NCBI GenBank assembly: GCA_963720965.1
Contig: CAVRHD010000008.1
Span: 27,843-91,842 of the forward strand
Direction: 5' to 3'
DNA length: 64,000 nt
From: an uncultured Chloroflexia bacterium
GTDB taxonomy: Bacteria > Chloroflexota > Limnocylindria > Limnocylindrales > CSP1-4
The notes under the pieces are model-generated. The model was not told the DNA's origin. It made no database searches and saw nothing but the letters and a program-made list of their open reading frames with translations. Positions 34,620-44,701 of the stretch are shown here, piece after piece. How positions within the stretch are numbered: position 1 is the stretch's first letter; each line of letters opens with the position of its first letter. The position numbers and the translations under genes are program-made.

Positions 34620-35048
34620 CTACGGCTCGTCGCGCTCGAGCCCGAGCAGCTCCATCTGGATGAACCCGCTCGTGTCGAATTCGAGCTGACGGGGTTCGAA
34701 CGGCGACGATCCGCCGGCGTCGATGGGGGCGAACTCGATGACCACCCGCTCGTCGCCCTGCACCAGGCTGTACACGATCAGCTGGTCGGGCCGGGTCTCG
34801 AACTCGAGGTGCTCGAACGAGTCGATGTTGAGGCAGATCGCCAGGGGCGTGAAGTAGGTCGAGACGTCGGGCTGGTCCATCACGATCCGCTCGACCCAGC
34901 CGGTCCCGTGGGCCACCAGCTCATGACCTCGCAGGAAGTGATACGTCACCGTCTGCTTGAGCAGCGGCCGGAGGAGGTTGAGGAGGTCTGTCCGGCTTGA
35001 GACGATGCCCCGGTTGACGAAGAACTTCGCGGGCGGGACAGACGTCAC
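34620..35048 (-). CDS. hypothetical protein (142 aa)
   Basis: Clean ORF with non-biased composition (MTSVPPAKFFVNRGIVSSRTDLLNLLRPLLKQ...). I recognise no family. Confidence 0.5.
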   Translation of the reverse strand: MTSVPPAKFFVNRGIVSSRTDLLNLLRPLLKQTVTYHFLRGHELVAHGTGWVERIVMDQPDVSTYFTPLAICLNIDSFEHLEFETRPDQLIVYSLVQGDERVVIEFAPIDAGGSSPFEPRQLEFDTSGFIQMELLGLERDEP

Positions 35049-35148
35049 GGCGAGCTCCTGCAGGACCGGATTCGACGGATCGACGGGCCGGAATCGTACT
35101 CCTGCGGGGATCGGCCGGTACGGGTTCCGCGCCGCGTATCATCGGGCG

Positions 35149-35961
35149 ATGCTGCTGGCAATCGACATCGGCAATACCAACATCACGACGGGCCTCTTCC
35201 AGAACGGCCTGCTCGTCGCCAGCCGGCGAGCCGCCACCGATCGGATGGCAACGGCCGACCAGCTGGAGCTGGTCGTGGAGGGATTGCTCGGCCTTGACAC
35301 CCTCGACCTGCGCGGAGTCTCGGCGATCGCCTGTGCCTCGGTCGTCCCCAGCCTGACGGCGGCCCTCGAGTCGATCGCGGTCCGGCGTGATGTCGGGCTG
35401 GTCCTGGCAACTGCCGGTCATGTGCCCCTGCCGATCCGGGTTGACCGGCCGGCCGAGGTCGGAGCCGATCGGCTGGTCAATGCCCTGGCCGCGGTCCGCC
35501 TGTACGGCTCGCCGGCCGTCGTCATCGACCTTGGCACGGCGTCGACATTCGACGCGATCGCGCCGGACGGGGCCTTCCTTGGCGGCGCGATCGCCCCGGG
35601 CCTCGAGACGGGCCTCGACGCGCTGGTCGCCCGGACGGCGCGCCTCCCCCGGATCGAGCTGCGCACGCCCGACCGGGCGATCGCCCGGGATACCGTCGGG
35701 GCGATCCAGGCCGGCACGATCCTGGGCTACCAGGCCCTCGTCGGGGGCCTCCTCGAGCGGATCCGGCGCGAGCTGGCCGATGCCACCGGGGTCGATCCTG
35801 GCTCCATCCAGGCGATCCTGACCGGCGGCCTCGCCCGGTCGGCCTGGGCCGCGGGCATCGACGGGATCAGCACGATCGATCCCGACCTGACCCTCAAGGG
35901 CCTGGCCATCCTGCACGCCGAGGTGACCGGCGGCGAACCGATCGAGGCGGGCCTCGGATGA
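35149..35961 (+). CDS. coaX: type III pantothenate kinase
   Basis: MLLAIDIGNTNITTGLF, GADRLVNALAA, VIDLGTASTFD, GGAIAPGL, AIQAGTILGY, LTGGLA. Start moved to ATG 35149. Confidence 0.92.
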   Translation: MLLAIDIGNTNITTGLFQNGLLVASRRAATDRMATADQLELVVEGLLGLDTLDLRGVSAIACASVVPSLTAALESIAVRRDVGLVLATAGHVPLPIRVDRPAEVGADRLVNALAAVRLYGSPAVVIDLGTASTFDAIAPDGAFLGGAIAPGLETGLDALVARTARLPRIELRTPDRAIARDTVGAIQAGTILGYQALVGGLLERIRRELADATGVDPGSIQAILTGGLARSAWAAGIDGISTIDPDLTLKGLAILHAEVTGGEPIEAGLG

Positions 35962-37331
35962 GTGGTGACCGGCTCGAGGGCGCCTCCGGGGGGCGGCTGG
36001 ACGGTCGCTTCATCGCCCTTGGGATCAGCGGCTCGATTGCGGCCTACAAGGCGGTCGAGCTGCTCCGCCTGCTGCAGGCCGAGGGCGCCACGGTCCAGGC
36101 CCTGCTGACTCCGACGGCGGCGCAATTCGTCGCTCCGCTGACGCTCGAGGCCCTCAGCCGCCGCCCGGTGGAGGGCGACCTCCTGACGCTCCTGCCAGAT
36201 GGCCGGATCGGCCACATCGTGACCGCCGACAGCGCCGATGCGATCGTCGTGGCACCGGCGACTGCCCACTGGCTCGCGGCAATGGCCGCCGGGCTTGCCG
36301 GCGACGTGGTCACGGCAGCCTGCCTGGCAACGACTGCCCCGGTCGTGGTTGCGCCGGCCATGGACGGCGAGATGTACGCACATCCGGCGACCCAGGCCAA
36401 TGTGGACCGGCTGCGCGAGGCCTTTGGCTACACGATTGTCGAACCCGAGGCGGGATCGCTCGCCTCCGGCCAGGAGGGCATCGGCCGGCTGGCCGGCCTC
36501 GCCCGGATCGTCGACGCGGTCGTGGCTGCGATCGGTGAGCGGCCGATCCGCGCACCACGGGACGAGGATCGGCCGCCGAGCGTGGCCGGGCAGCGTGCGC
36601 CCGACCTCGAGGGCCGCCACCTGATCGTCACGGCGGGCGGGACCCGGGAGGCGATTGACCCGGTCCGGTTCATCGGCAACCGGTCGACCGGACGGATGGG
36701 CGTGGCCGTGGCGAGCGCGGCGCTCGAGCGGGGCGCCCGGGTGAGCCTGATCGCCGCGAGCGTGGAAGTGGGCCTGCCCGAGGCGGCCGACACGATCCAG
36801 GTCGAGAGCACGGCCGAGCTCGAGCATGCCCTGACGAACCTCATCCGGGCCGGCGAGGCGGACCGGGCGAGCTTCGACGCCCTGGTCATGGCCGCGGCCG
36901 TGGCCGACTTCCGGCCGGTCAAGGCCGCCCCCTTCAAGCTTCCACGAGGCGCCGGCCTGAACCTCGAGCTCGAGCCGACGCCTGACCTCCTGGCCGCCTG
37001 CGTGGCCGCCACCCGGCAACTCCGGCCCGTCCCCCTCATCGTCGGCTTCGCGGCAGAGACCGGCTCGCTCGATCGCGCGGCGGACAAGCTCCGGCGCAAG
37101 GGCGTCGACTACCTGGTGGCCAACGATGTCAGCCAGCCCGGCTCGGGCTTCGGCACGGACACGAACCAGGTGGTCCTGCTCAGCAACAATGGGTCGATGG
37201 AGGCCTGGCCGATGCTCACCAAGCGCGAGGTCGCCGATCGCCTGCTCGACCGGCTGGTGGCCCGGCTGGACGCTCGCGACGCGGCCGCGCAGACTGGACG
37301 GAGCGAGATCCCGCAGGAGTCCCGATCGTGA
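35958..37331 (+). CDS. coaBC: bifunctional phosphopantothenoylcysteine decarboxylase / phosphopantothenate-cysteine ligase
   Basis: LGISGSIAAYKAVELLRLL, PAMDGEMY, LASGQEGIGRLA, VTAGGTREAIDPVRFIGNRSTGRMG, MAAAVADFRP, KLRRKGVDYLVANDV. Confidence 0.93.
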   Translation: MSGDRLEGASGGRLDGRFIALGISGSIAAYKAVELLRLLQAEGATVQALLTPTAAQFVAPLTLEALSRRPVEGDLLTLLPDGRIGHIVTADSADAIVVAPATAHWLAAMAAGLAGDVVTAACLATTAPVVVAPAMDGEMYAHPATQANVDRLREAFGYTIVEPEAGSLASGQEGIGRLAGLARIVDAVVAAIGERPIRAPRDEDRPPSVAGQRAPDLEGRHLIVTAGGTREAIDPVRFIGNRSTGRMGVAVASAALERGARVSLIAASVEVGLPEAADTIQVESTAELEHALTNLIRAGEADRASFDALVMAAAVADFRPVKAAPFKLPRGAGLNLELEPTPDLLAACVAATRQLRPVPLIVGFAAETGSLDRAADKLRRKGVDYLVANDVSQPGSGFGTDTNQVVLLSNNGSMEAWPMLTKREVADRLLDRLVARLDARDAAAQTGRSEIPQESRS

Positions 37332-38263
37332 GCGCGAGCACCAACCCAGATCCACAGCCGGCGGCAACGGTCCGACGCCTGACCGTCAGCGATATTGCTC
37401 GCCTCCACGCCAAGGGCGTGCCCATCGCGATGGTCACCGCCTACGACTTCCCGACCGCCCGCCTGCTCGACGAGGCCGGCCTGCCGCTGCTCCTCGTCGG
37501 CGACTCCCTCGGCCGGGCGGTGCTCGGCTACGAGAACGAGATCCCGGTGTCGATGGACGACATGCTCCACCACGCCAAGGCGGTCGTCCGGGGCGCGCGA
37601 GCCGCGCTCGTGATCGGCGACATGCCCTTCCTGTCGTACGCGACGCCCGAGCAGGCGGTCCACAATGCCGGCCGGTTCCTGGCCGAAGCGGGCGTCCAGG
37701 CGGTCAAGGTCGAGGGTGGACGGCGCACTGCGCGGACGATCGAGGCGATCACCAGGGCCGGGATCCCGGTGATGGGCCACATCGGCCTGACCCCCCAGTC
37801 GATCAACCAGATCGGCAAGGTGCGCGTCCTTGGCAAGAGCCGGGAAGCCGCCCGGGACCTGCTCGCCGACGCCCTCGCCGTCCAGGAGTCGGGTGCCTTC
37901 TCGGTGGTCCTGGAGCTGGTCCCGGAGCAGCTCGCGGCGGCCATCACGGCGCGCCTCCAGATTCCGACGATCGGGATCGGGGCAGGCGCCGGTTGCAGCG
38001 GCCAGGTCCAGGTCCTGACCGACCTGCTGGGCTTCGAGGAATGGCACCCGCGCCACGCCCGGCCCTACGCAAACCTGCACGAGACGATCCTCGCGGCGGC
38101 CCGGGCCTATCGCTCGGATGTCGAGGCGGGCACGTTCCCCGGGCCCGCCGAGACCGTTCGAATGGACGACGATGTCATCGATGCCGTGCTCGGCCACTCG
38201 GTCCTCGATCGTCCGGGCCGGGCCATCCCGGCCGGCGGCATCCCCCTCGATCGCGACCTCTAG
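37328..38263 (+). CDS. panB: 3-methyl-2-oxobutanoate hydroxymethyltransferase
   Basis: IAMVTAYDFPTARLLDEAGLPLLLVGDSLG, VIGDMPF, AVKVEGG, PVMGHIGLTPQS, GAFSVVLE, IPTIGIGAG, GQVQV. Confidence 0.94.
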   Translation: MSASTNPDPQPAATVRRLTVSDIARLHAKGVPIAMVTAYDFPTARLLDEAGLPLLLVGDSLGRAVLGYENEIPVSMDDMLHHAKAVVRGARAALVIGDMPFLSYATPEQAVHNAGRFLAEAGVQAVKVEGGRRTARTIEAITRAGIPVMGHIGLTPQSINQIGKVRVLGKSREAARDLLADALAVQESGAFSVVLELVPEQLAAAITARLQIPTIGIGAGAGCSGQVQVLTDLLGFEEWHPRHARPYANLHETILAAARAYRSDVEAGTFPGPAETVRMDDDVIDAVLGHSVLDRPGRAIPAGGIPLDRDL

Positions 38264-38268
38264 GGAGC

Positions 38269-39114
38269 GTGACCGAGGTCCTGCGCACCCGGGCCGAGCT
38301 GCGGGCTGCGCTCGGCGCCGTACCCCGGCCGGTTGGCCTGGTGCCCACGATGGGCTGGCTCCATGACGGCCACCGCTCGCTGATCCAACGAGCCCGGTCG
38401 GACAACCCAACGGTCGTGGCCACGATCTTCGTCAACCCGCGCCAGTTCAACCAGCCCGAGGACTTCACGAAGTATCCGCGCAACGAGGCCCGCGACCTCG
38501 CGGTATGCGCCGACGAGGGAGTCGATCTCGTCTGGGCGCCGCCGGTCGACGAGGTCTACGTACCGGGCTTCGACACGACGGTGGCGGTTGGCGCGATCGC
38601 ATCGCCCCTCGAGGGCCGCGCCCGACCGGGCCATTTCGACGGGGTCGCGACCGTCGTGGCCATCCTGTTCGGCCTGATCGGCGCGGAGCACGCCTACTTC
38701 GGCCAGAAGGACGCGCAGCAGGTGATGGTGATCCGGCGGATGGCCCGCGACCTGGCCCTGCCGACCGAGGTGATCGCCTGTCCCACCGTGCGCGAGCCTG
38801 ACGGCCTGGCCCTGTCGTCGCGCAACGTCCACCTCTCGCCGGCCGAGCGGGCCGCGGCGCCGGTGCTCCGGCGAGCCTTGCTGGCGGCTGGTGCCGAGTG
38901 GCGCGCCGGAGAACGCTCGGCGGAGGTCCTTCGGCGGACGATGCGGGCGACCCTTGCGGCGGAGCCGCTGGCCGGCCCCGAGTACGTGTCGGTCGCCGAT
39001 GCACTGACCCTGCGCGAACTCGACGAACTTGACGGCCCTGCCCTGCTCTCGCTCGCGGTCCGCTTCGGCTCGACCCGCCTGATCGACAACGAGCTCCTGG
39101 ACGAGGCGGGCTAG
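38269..39114 (+). CDS. panC: pantoate-beta-alanine ligase
   Basis: VGLVPTMGWLHDGHRSLI, VATIFVNPRQFN, DFTKYPR, LEGRARPGHFDGVATVV, YFGQKDAQQ, LALSSRN. GTG start at 38269. Confidence 0.93.
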   Translation: MTEVLRTRAELRAALGAVPRPVGLVPTMGWLHDGHRSLIQRARSDNPTVVATIFVNPRQFNQPEDFTKYPRNEARDLAVCADEGVDLVWAPPVDEVYVPGFDTTVAVGAIASPLEGRARPGHFDGVATVVAILFGLIGAEHAYFGQKDAQQVMVIRRMARDLALPTEVIACPTVREPDGLALSSRNVHLSPAERAAAPVLRRALLAAGAEWRAGERSAEVLRRTMRATLAAEPLAGPEYVSVADALTLRELDELDGPALLSLAVRFGSTRLIDNELLDEAG

Positions 39115-39142
39115 CCAGGACGACCTGTGGTCAGCGCGGTGC

Positions 39143-40261
39143 TCAGGCCGGCACCGGACCGGCGGCATCGAGGACCCGGTCGACCTTGAGGTGCTCCCAG
39201 ACCAGGGCCTTGATCATCTCGATCTTGCCGACATCCGCCGAATGGGTCTTGACCAGCAGGTCGTGGACGGCCGAAGCGACCACGTAGGTGTCGTCGGGCA
39301 CGATCGATGCGAACAGGTTCGCCCGGCGGATCGCGTCGAGGATGGCCTGCCGGGGCCGATAGCCGCCGGTCAGGAGCAGGCCGAGGGCGGCCCCGTCGGG
39401 ATGACTGCCGCCGCCGGGGCCGCCGGTCAGGTGGGCAGTGGTCAGGGTCAGGATCACGTCCTCGCGGTCGCCCGGCACGATCACCAGGGTGTCCGGCCGG
39501 ATCCGCTCGAGCATGTGGGCCGGCTCCATCGCCCCGATCGCCACGCCCCCGATGACCCGGTCGAGATCCGGCCCGGGATGGACCGTTTCGCCCCGGACGC
39601 CTTCGAGGATCATGGCCAGGGTCGGATTGGACAGGATGGGCCGGTAGGGCAGGACACCAAGGAGCGGGATCCCGTGCAGCTCGAGCCCGCGCTCGAGGGT
39701 CTGGACGATGCCCGGCTGGGCATCCAGGTCGACCTTGTTGACGATGGCCCCGGCCACCCGTACGCCGTGGCTGGCGAAGTGCGAGGCATTGAGCACGATC
39801 TCGTCGATCGGTCGCCCGACCCCGCCCTCGGACACGATGATGGCCGGGGCGCCGAGCATCGCCGCCACGGTCGCGTTCGAAAGGCCGATCACCGCTCCGA
39901 CCCCGGCATGGCCGGTGCCCTCGATCAGCATGATCTCGCCGCCCAGGCTGACCGCGCGATGGGCAGCCCGGATGCGCGCCCCGAGGTCCTCGACGATCTC
40001 GCCGTTGATGTACGACTTGGTGAATCCGCGCGGGATATGGACCGGGCTCATGACGGTCATTGGGTCGGTCAGTCCGAAGACGTTCCGGACGAGCACGGCG
40101 TCCTCGTCGGCCGGGACCCCGTCCTCGATGATCGTGCGCTGGCCGACCGGCTTCATGAACCGGGTGTCGAGGCCGCGACGAAGGAAGCCGTCGAGGAGGC
40201 CGATGCTCGTCGTGGTCTTGCCCCGGTTCTGGCCGGTCGCGGCGAGATAGACCTGGCGCAC
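39143..40261 (-). CDS. P-loop (BioD/CobQ-like) plus DRTGG-domain protein, resembling the N-terminal regulatory half of phosphotransacetylase but lacking a PTA catalytic domain
   Basis: YLAATGQNRGKTTTSIGL (P-loop), MLIEGTGHAGVG, VNKV, and VIVPGDREDVILTL (DRTGG-like). 372 aa with no acyltransferase domain. Confidence 0.6.
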   Translation of the reverse strand: MRQVYLAATGQNRGKTTTSIGLLDGFLRRGLDTRFMKPVGQRTIIEDGVPADEDAVLVRNVFGLTDPMTVMSPVHIPRGFTKSYINGEIVEDLGARIRAAHRAVSLGGEIMLIEGTGHAGVGAVIGLSNATVAAMLGAPAIIVSEGGVGRPIDEIVLNASHFASHGVRVAGAIVNKVDLDAQPGIVQTLERGLELHGIPLLGVLPYRPILSNPTLAMILEGVRGETVHPGPDLDRVIGGVAIGAMEPAHMLERIRPDTLVIVPGDREDVILTLTTAHLTGGPGGGSHPDGAALGLLLTGGYRPRQAILDAIRRANLFASIVPDDTYVVASAVHDLLVKTHSADVGKIEMIKALVWEHLKVDRVLDAAGPVPA

Positions 40262-40271
40262 GGCCCCGGTC

Positions 40272-40877
40272 CTAGCTGCGGGTCGTGGTCCGGCGATCGA
40301 CCATTGCGACAGCGTCCTTGAGCCGGGTGATCGTCTCGGCGTCGACGGCGTCCGTCTCGAGATACGGGCCGAGGCGCTCCATGATGTCGGCGACCAGGCC
40401 CAGGAAGACGCTTGCGTCGGCGACGAAGAACTGCGGCTCGTTGTTGTAGCGGACCATCGTCAGGCGGCCCTGCAGCACCCGGCGGTCCTCGACGTGGGCG
40501 ATCTGGGTGGCAAAGTTGTGGCCCTGGATCCCGTCGGGGTTGTTCAGGAAGTTCAGGGCGTTGTCGATGGCCAGCCCGAAACGTGCCCGCCAGGCGACGA
40601 GGCGCTCATGGACCTCCGACGGGATATGGACGTCGGCGACTTCCTCGAAGACCTCGGGGGCGACCGTCAGCAACCCGACCAGGGTCGTGCCAGCCCGCGG
40701 TCCGAGCATCACCTGGAGGCTTCGCTCGAGGGTGAACACCTCGGAATCGAAGCGTGGGCTGGTGATCACGTCGGTCAGCAGGTCCTCGACGTTGTCGAGG
40801 ATTCCCGGCTCCGCGACGGAGTTCGCCAGGTGGAGGATCTCCTCCTTGAACAGGAACTTCTCTTCGTGGTCCAGCAT
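40272..40877 (-). CDS. hypothetical protein (201 aa)
   Basis: MLDHEEKFLFKEEILHLANSVAEPGILDNVEDLL... with non-biased composition. It lies 10 nt downstream of the previous gene on the same strand. I recognise no family. Confidence 0.5.
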   Translation of the reverse strand: MLDHEEKFLFKEEILHLANSVAEPGILDNVEDLLTDVITSPRFDSEVFTLERSLQVMLGPRAGTTLVGLLTVAPEVFEEVADVHIPSEVHERLVAWRARFGLAIDNALNFLNNPDGIQGHNFATQIAHVEDRRVLQGRLTMVRYNNEPQFFVADASVFLGLVADIMERLGPYLETDAVDAETITRLKDAVAMVDRRTTTRS

Positions 40878-40975
40878 GGCCCGGATGGTAGCACCGGGCG
40901 GCACCGGTTCCGGGCCGCCCGGCGACGGGCGAGCGAGGTTCCGGTGCCGGTTGGCGACGGCGCGCTAGCGGCGGC

Positions 40976-42244
40976 CTACGGGTACAGGCCGCGCATGGCG
41001 GTGGCGTCGGCGACGCGCTGGACCGCCAGCAGGTAGGCCGCCGTGCGCATGTTGACCTCCTCGCGGAGGCTCATCGCCAGGACGTCCCGGAAAGCCTTGT
41101 CCATGATCCCCTTGAGCTTGTGGTTGACCTCGGTCTCATCCCAGAAGTCGCGGTTGAGGTCCTGCACCCACTCGAAGTAGCTGACCGTCACGCCGCCCGC
41201 GTTGCACAGGATGTCCGGGATCTGGAAGACCCCGTTCTTGAACAGGATCGCGTCGGCCTCGGGGGTGGTGGGGCCATTGGCCGCCTCGGCCACCAGCCTG
41301 GCCTTGACCCGGCCGGCGTTGCGCTCGGTGATCTGGTTCTCGAGCGCGGCCGGGATCAGGATGTCGCAGGCTACCTCGAGGATCTCGGCGTTGGTGATGT
41401 CCTTGGCCCCCGGGAAGCCCTGGACCGTGCCGTGCTCGCCCTTCCAGGCGGTCACCTTGGCGATGTCGAGGCCCTTCGGATTGTGGATCCCGCCGGTCGA
41501 GTCGCTGACCGCGACCACGGTCGAGCCCTCCTGGCCGATCAGCCGGGCTGCGATCGAGCCGGCGTTGCCGAAGCCCTGGATGGCAACGGTCGCTGTGGCC
41601 AGGTCGAGCTTCAGGTGGGCCGCCGCCTGGACGATGCAATAGACGGTGCCCCGGGCCGTGGCCTCGTTGCGGCCCTCGGAGCCACCCAGGGCGATCGGCT
41701 TGCCGGTGACCACGCCGGGCACCGTGTAGCCGACGTGCATCGAGTAGGTGTCCATGATCCAGGCCATCGTCTGGCTGTTCGTGTTCACATCGGGGGCGGG
41801 AATATCCCGCTCCGGCCCGATGATGATGCTGATCTCGGTTGCGTAGCGCCGGGTCAGGCCCTCGAGCTCGCGCAACGAGAGCTGCTTGGGATCGACGATC
41901 ACGCCGCCCTTGCCGCCACCGTAGGGGATACCGACGACCGCGCACTTCCAGGTCATCCACATCGCGAGGGCCTTGACCTCGTCGAGGGTGACGCCCTGGT
42001 GATAGCGAATCCCGCCCTTGGCTGGGCCGCGGCCCAGGTTGTGCTGGACCCGGTAGCCGGTGAAGACCTGGACGCTGCCGTCGTCCATCTTCACCGGGAA
42101 ATGGACGATCAGCTCGCGCCGAGGTTCGCGCAGGACCCGGCGCAGGCCGGGATCGAGGTTCAGTCGCTCAGCCGCCAGGTCGAACTGCTGCTGGGCCACT
42201 TGCCACGGGTTGATCGTCGCGGGAGCGGCTTGTTCGGTCGCCAT
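40976..42244 (-). CDS. gdhA: NAD(P)-dependent glutamate dehydrogenase
   Basis: GPAKGGIRYHQGVTLDEVKALAMWMTWKCAVVGIPYGGGKGGV, PDVNT, GKPIALGGS, GFGNAGS, NAGGVTVSYFEWVQ. Confidence 0.93.
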   Translation of the reverse strand: MATEQAAPATINPWQVAQQQFDLAAERLNLDPGLRRVLREPRRELIVHFPVKMDDGSVQVFTGYRVQHNLGRGPAKGGIRYHQGVTLDEVKALAMWMTWKCAVVGIPYGGGKGGVIVDPKQLSLRELEGLTRRYATEISIIIGPERDIPAPDVNTNSQTMAWIMDTYSMHVGYTVPGVVTGKPIALGGSEGRNEATARGTVYCIVQAAAHLKLDLATATVAIQGFGNAGSIAARLIGQEGSTVVAVSDSTGGIHNPKGLDIAKVTAWKGEHGTVQGFPGAKDITNAEILEVACDILIPAALENQITERNAGRVKARLVAEAANGPTTPEADAILFKNGVFQIPDILCNAGGVTVSYFEWVQDLNRDFWDETEVNHKLKGIMDKAFRDVLAMSLREEVNMRTAAYLLAVQRVADATAMRGLYP

Positions 42245-42454
42245 GGAGTGTTGCGGTCCTCCGTTCCGGCCGGGCGCGCAGAGGCTGCCTGGTCGATGTT
42301 GCGGGTCGTCTCCCGGACCACCCTACGGTCGCGGCGATCGACCCGGCCGGGCCTGTCGCCGCTCTGAAAATCGGGCTGAGTATAGCCTGCTTCGACGCCA
42401 GTCCGGTACCAACTCGCAACCTGACCGCAACCAGTGGTGCGCCTTGTCGACGGC

Positions 42455-43306
42455 TCAGGCGCGCCGGAAGAGCATGGCCGCGCCGAGCGCGCCGGGTCCC
42501 AGGTGCGGCCCGATCGAGGGCCCGATCACGGCCGTCTCGACCAGCTCGACATCGAGCGTGCCGGCTCTCGACACGACGGCGGCGCGGAACTCCTCGAGAT
42601 CGGGGCTGATGCTGTGGAAGACGGCCAGGCGCTCGATCGGGCGGGAGGTGATGAACTCGATCGCCCGCTCGCGCGCCTTGCCCCGGGTCCGGACCCGGTC
42701 GACCTGCTCGACCTTGCCGTTCCGGATCGCGATGATCGGCTTGACGCTGAGGAGCGAACCGATCACGGCCTGGGCGCCGCTGATCCGCCCGCCTCGGCGA
42801 AGGTATTCGAGGGTGTCTAGGCAGACGATCGCCTCGACGTCCCGGGAGCGCTCGGTGATCTCGGCGGCCACCTCGGCGCCCGAGCGGCCGGTCGCGGCGA
42901 GGTCCCGGCCGTGCATCGCCAGGAGGGCGATCCCGAAGGCTGCGGTATCCGAGTCGATGACGTGGATCTCACGCTCCGGCAGCATCTCCCGAGCCAGGCT
43001 GGCCGACTTGAACGTGCCCGACAGGCTGCCCGCCACGTTGACGCACACGACCAATTCGGCTCCGGCGGCGAAGGCCGTTTCAAAGGCGTCGCGGAACGCG
43101 ACCGGACTGGCCGCGGCAGTCTTCGGAAACGGCGCATCGGGCGCGACCATGCGCTCCCAGAAGGCCTCGGCTGACAGCTCGACCCCGGCCTTGAACTCCG
43201 TGTCGCCGAAGGATACGAGGAGCGGCACGACCTCGATCCCGAGCTCCGCCGCCCGGCTCGGCGACAGGTCGCTGGCGGAGTCGGTGACGATGGCAACCCG
43301 GCTCAT
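42455..43306 (-). CDS. DegV family fatty-acid-binding protein
   Basis: VAIVTDSASDL, TAAASP, NVAGSLSGTF, HVIDSDTAAFG, GGRISGAQA, IGPHLGPGALG. Confidence 0.88.
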   Translation of the reverse strand: MSRVAIVTDSASDLSPSRAAELGIEVVPLLVSFGDTEFKAGVELSAEAFWERMVAPDAPFPKTAAASPVAFRDAFETAFAAGAELVVCVNVAGSLSGTFKSASLAREMLPEREIHVIDSDTAAFGIALLAMHGRDLAATGRSGAEVAAEITERSRDVEAIVCLDTLEYLRRGGRISGAQAVIGSLLSVKPIIAIRNGKVEQVDRVRTRGKARERAIEFITSRPIERLAVFHSISPDLEEFRAAVVSRAGTLDVELVETAVIGPSIGPHLGPGALGAAMLFRRA

Positions 43307-43316
43307 GGGCGGTCCC

Positions 43317-44648
43317 TCATATTGGTTCGGCGGCGGGCTGGCCGATCAGGTGCTCCACCTCGCGCAGCCGGGCGAGCGGAATCAGGGCGATGAACAGGAG
43401 CAGGAGGGTGCCGGCCAGGAGCCCGTCGATGCCGGCGATCCTGGCCGCCTCACCGCCGAGCAGGCTGCCGGCGATCTGGCCGATCCCGAGGAAGACCGAG
43501 TACAGGCCCATGATCGCGCCCCGGTCGCGGGGGTAGGCCTCGGACACGTCGGCCAGCATGCCCAGCGCCGCCGGCGTGGCCCCGGCCAGCACGAACAAGC
43601 CGCCCACCACCGCGATCGCCGGCAGGGCACGGTAGATCCCGGGCATGTCCAGGCTGTGGTTGATCACCGCGGCGGCCACGATCACGACGAGCCCGCCGAG
43701 GATCCCGAAGAAGATGATCGTGGTCCGCCGGAAGCGCTTGAAGCGGTTGCCCCAGAAGATCAGGCCGGCGAAGAAGACGACCAGGCCCACGGCCAGCCCG
43801 ATGCTGATCTCGGTCGGCTGGAAGTGGCCCATCAGGAACTGGTTCTCGAACTCGGGCGACGGCTTCTGGGTCAGCTGGAACAGGGACTGGTTCGTCCACA
43901 TCCCGAGCGCGGCGTTGATCGCGATCCAGGTCGGAGCGAGCAGCCAGACGTGGCTGCTGGTGAGGATCTGGAGGTAGCGCTGGAGCCCCCCGTGATCTGC
44001 CCGGCGCATCTTCGCGACGTCCTCCCGGACCGTCACTCCGTAGCGATAGATCAGGAACGAGATCGCGTAGATCCCGGCGTTGATGAAGAAGGCGTTGACC
44101 CCGAACCGGTCGATCAGGAGGCCGGCCAGGACGATCCCGAAGCCGAGGCCGGCCAGCGTCGCCCCCTCGAAGCGGGCCGAGGCGCGGCCCCGGGCCAGCT
44201 CGTCGCCGGCCGTTGCCATCGCGATGAAGCCCAAAATCGAGGGCACGGATGCCGCCGTCGACAGGCCGGCCAGCACGCGCGTCCCGGCCACGACCGGGAT
44301 CGCCACGGTGATCCCGGTGATCACGACAGCCACGAACCCGAAGAACGGCCCGAGCTGCATCAGCCGGTGATGGCCATAGCGGTCCGACAGGACCCCGAAG
44401 ACGGGCGACATGACCAGCTCGGAGACATAGAACAGGGCGGCCAGCATTCCGATCATGGCCGGATCGATCCGGACACCGCCGACCCGCTCGAAATGGGCCA
44501 GGTGATAGGTCAGCAGGGCACCGGTCAGGCCGGTGCTCAGGCGCAGGGTGAACGTTCCAAGCAGGACGGCCGTCATCGAACGCCGGGCCTGGGCCGGCTG
44601 GTTGGGCGCTGGGTCTGCCCGGGCGGTGGCTGAATCCATGCGCGCCAA
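43317..44648 (-). CDS. MFS transporter
   Basis: 12-14 hydrophobic segments. MFS motif A-like GVLSDRYGHHR. Second-half repeat GMLADVSEAYPRDRGAIMG. Confidence 0.8.
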   Translation of the reverse strand: MARMDSATARADPAPNQPAQARRSMTAVLLGTFTLRLSTGLTGALLTYHLAHFERVGGVRIDPAMIGMLAALFYVSELVMSPVFGVLSDRYGHHRLMQLGPFFGFVAVVITGITVAIPVVAGTRVLAGLSTAASVPSILGFIAMATAGDELARGRASARFEGATLAGLGFGIVLAGLLIDRFGVNAFFINAGIYAISFLIYRYGVTVREDVAKMRRADHGGLQRYLQILTSSHVWLLAPTWIAINAALGMWTNQSLFQLTQKPSPEFENQFLMGHFQPTEISIGLAVGLVVFFAGLIFWGNRFKRFRRTTIIFFGILGGLVVIVAAAVINHSLDMPGIYRALPAIAVVGGLFVLAGATPAALGMLADVSEAYPRDRGAIMGLYSVFLGIGQIAGSLLGGEAARIAGIDGLLAGTLLLLFIALIPLARLREVEHLIGQPAAEPI

Positions 44649-44701
44649 GCCTACAAGGCGGCGCGGGGCCGCGGGGCCGTGCGCGGGTAGACTCCACCCT
44701 C

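Noticed and set aside
42379-42384. TATACT hexamer (minus strand) about 130 nt upstream of gdhA as its promoter, with a possible structured 5' UTR.
   Set aside because: There is no acceptable -35 element at 16-19 nt and I recognise no riboswitch motif in the UTR. This is too weak to list as a feature.
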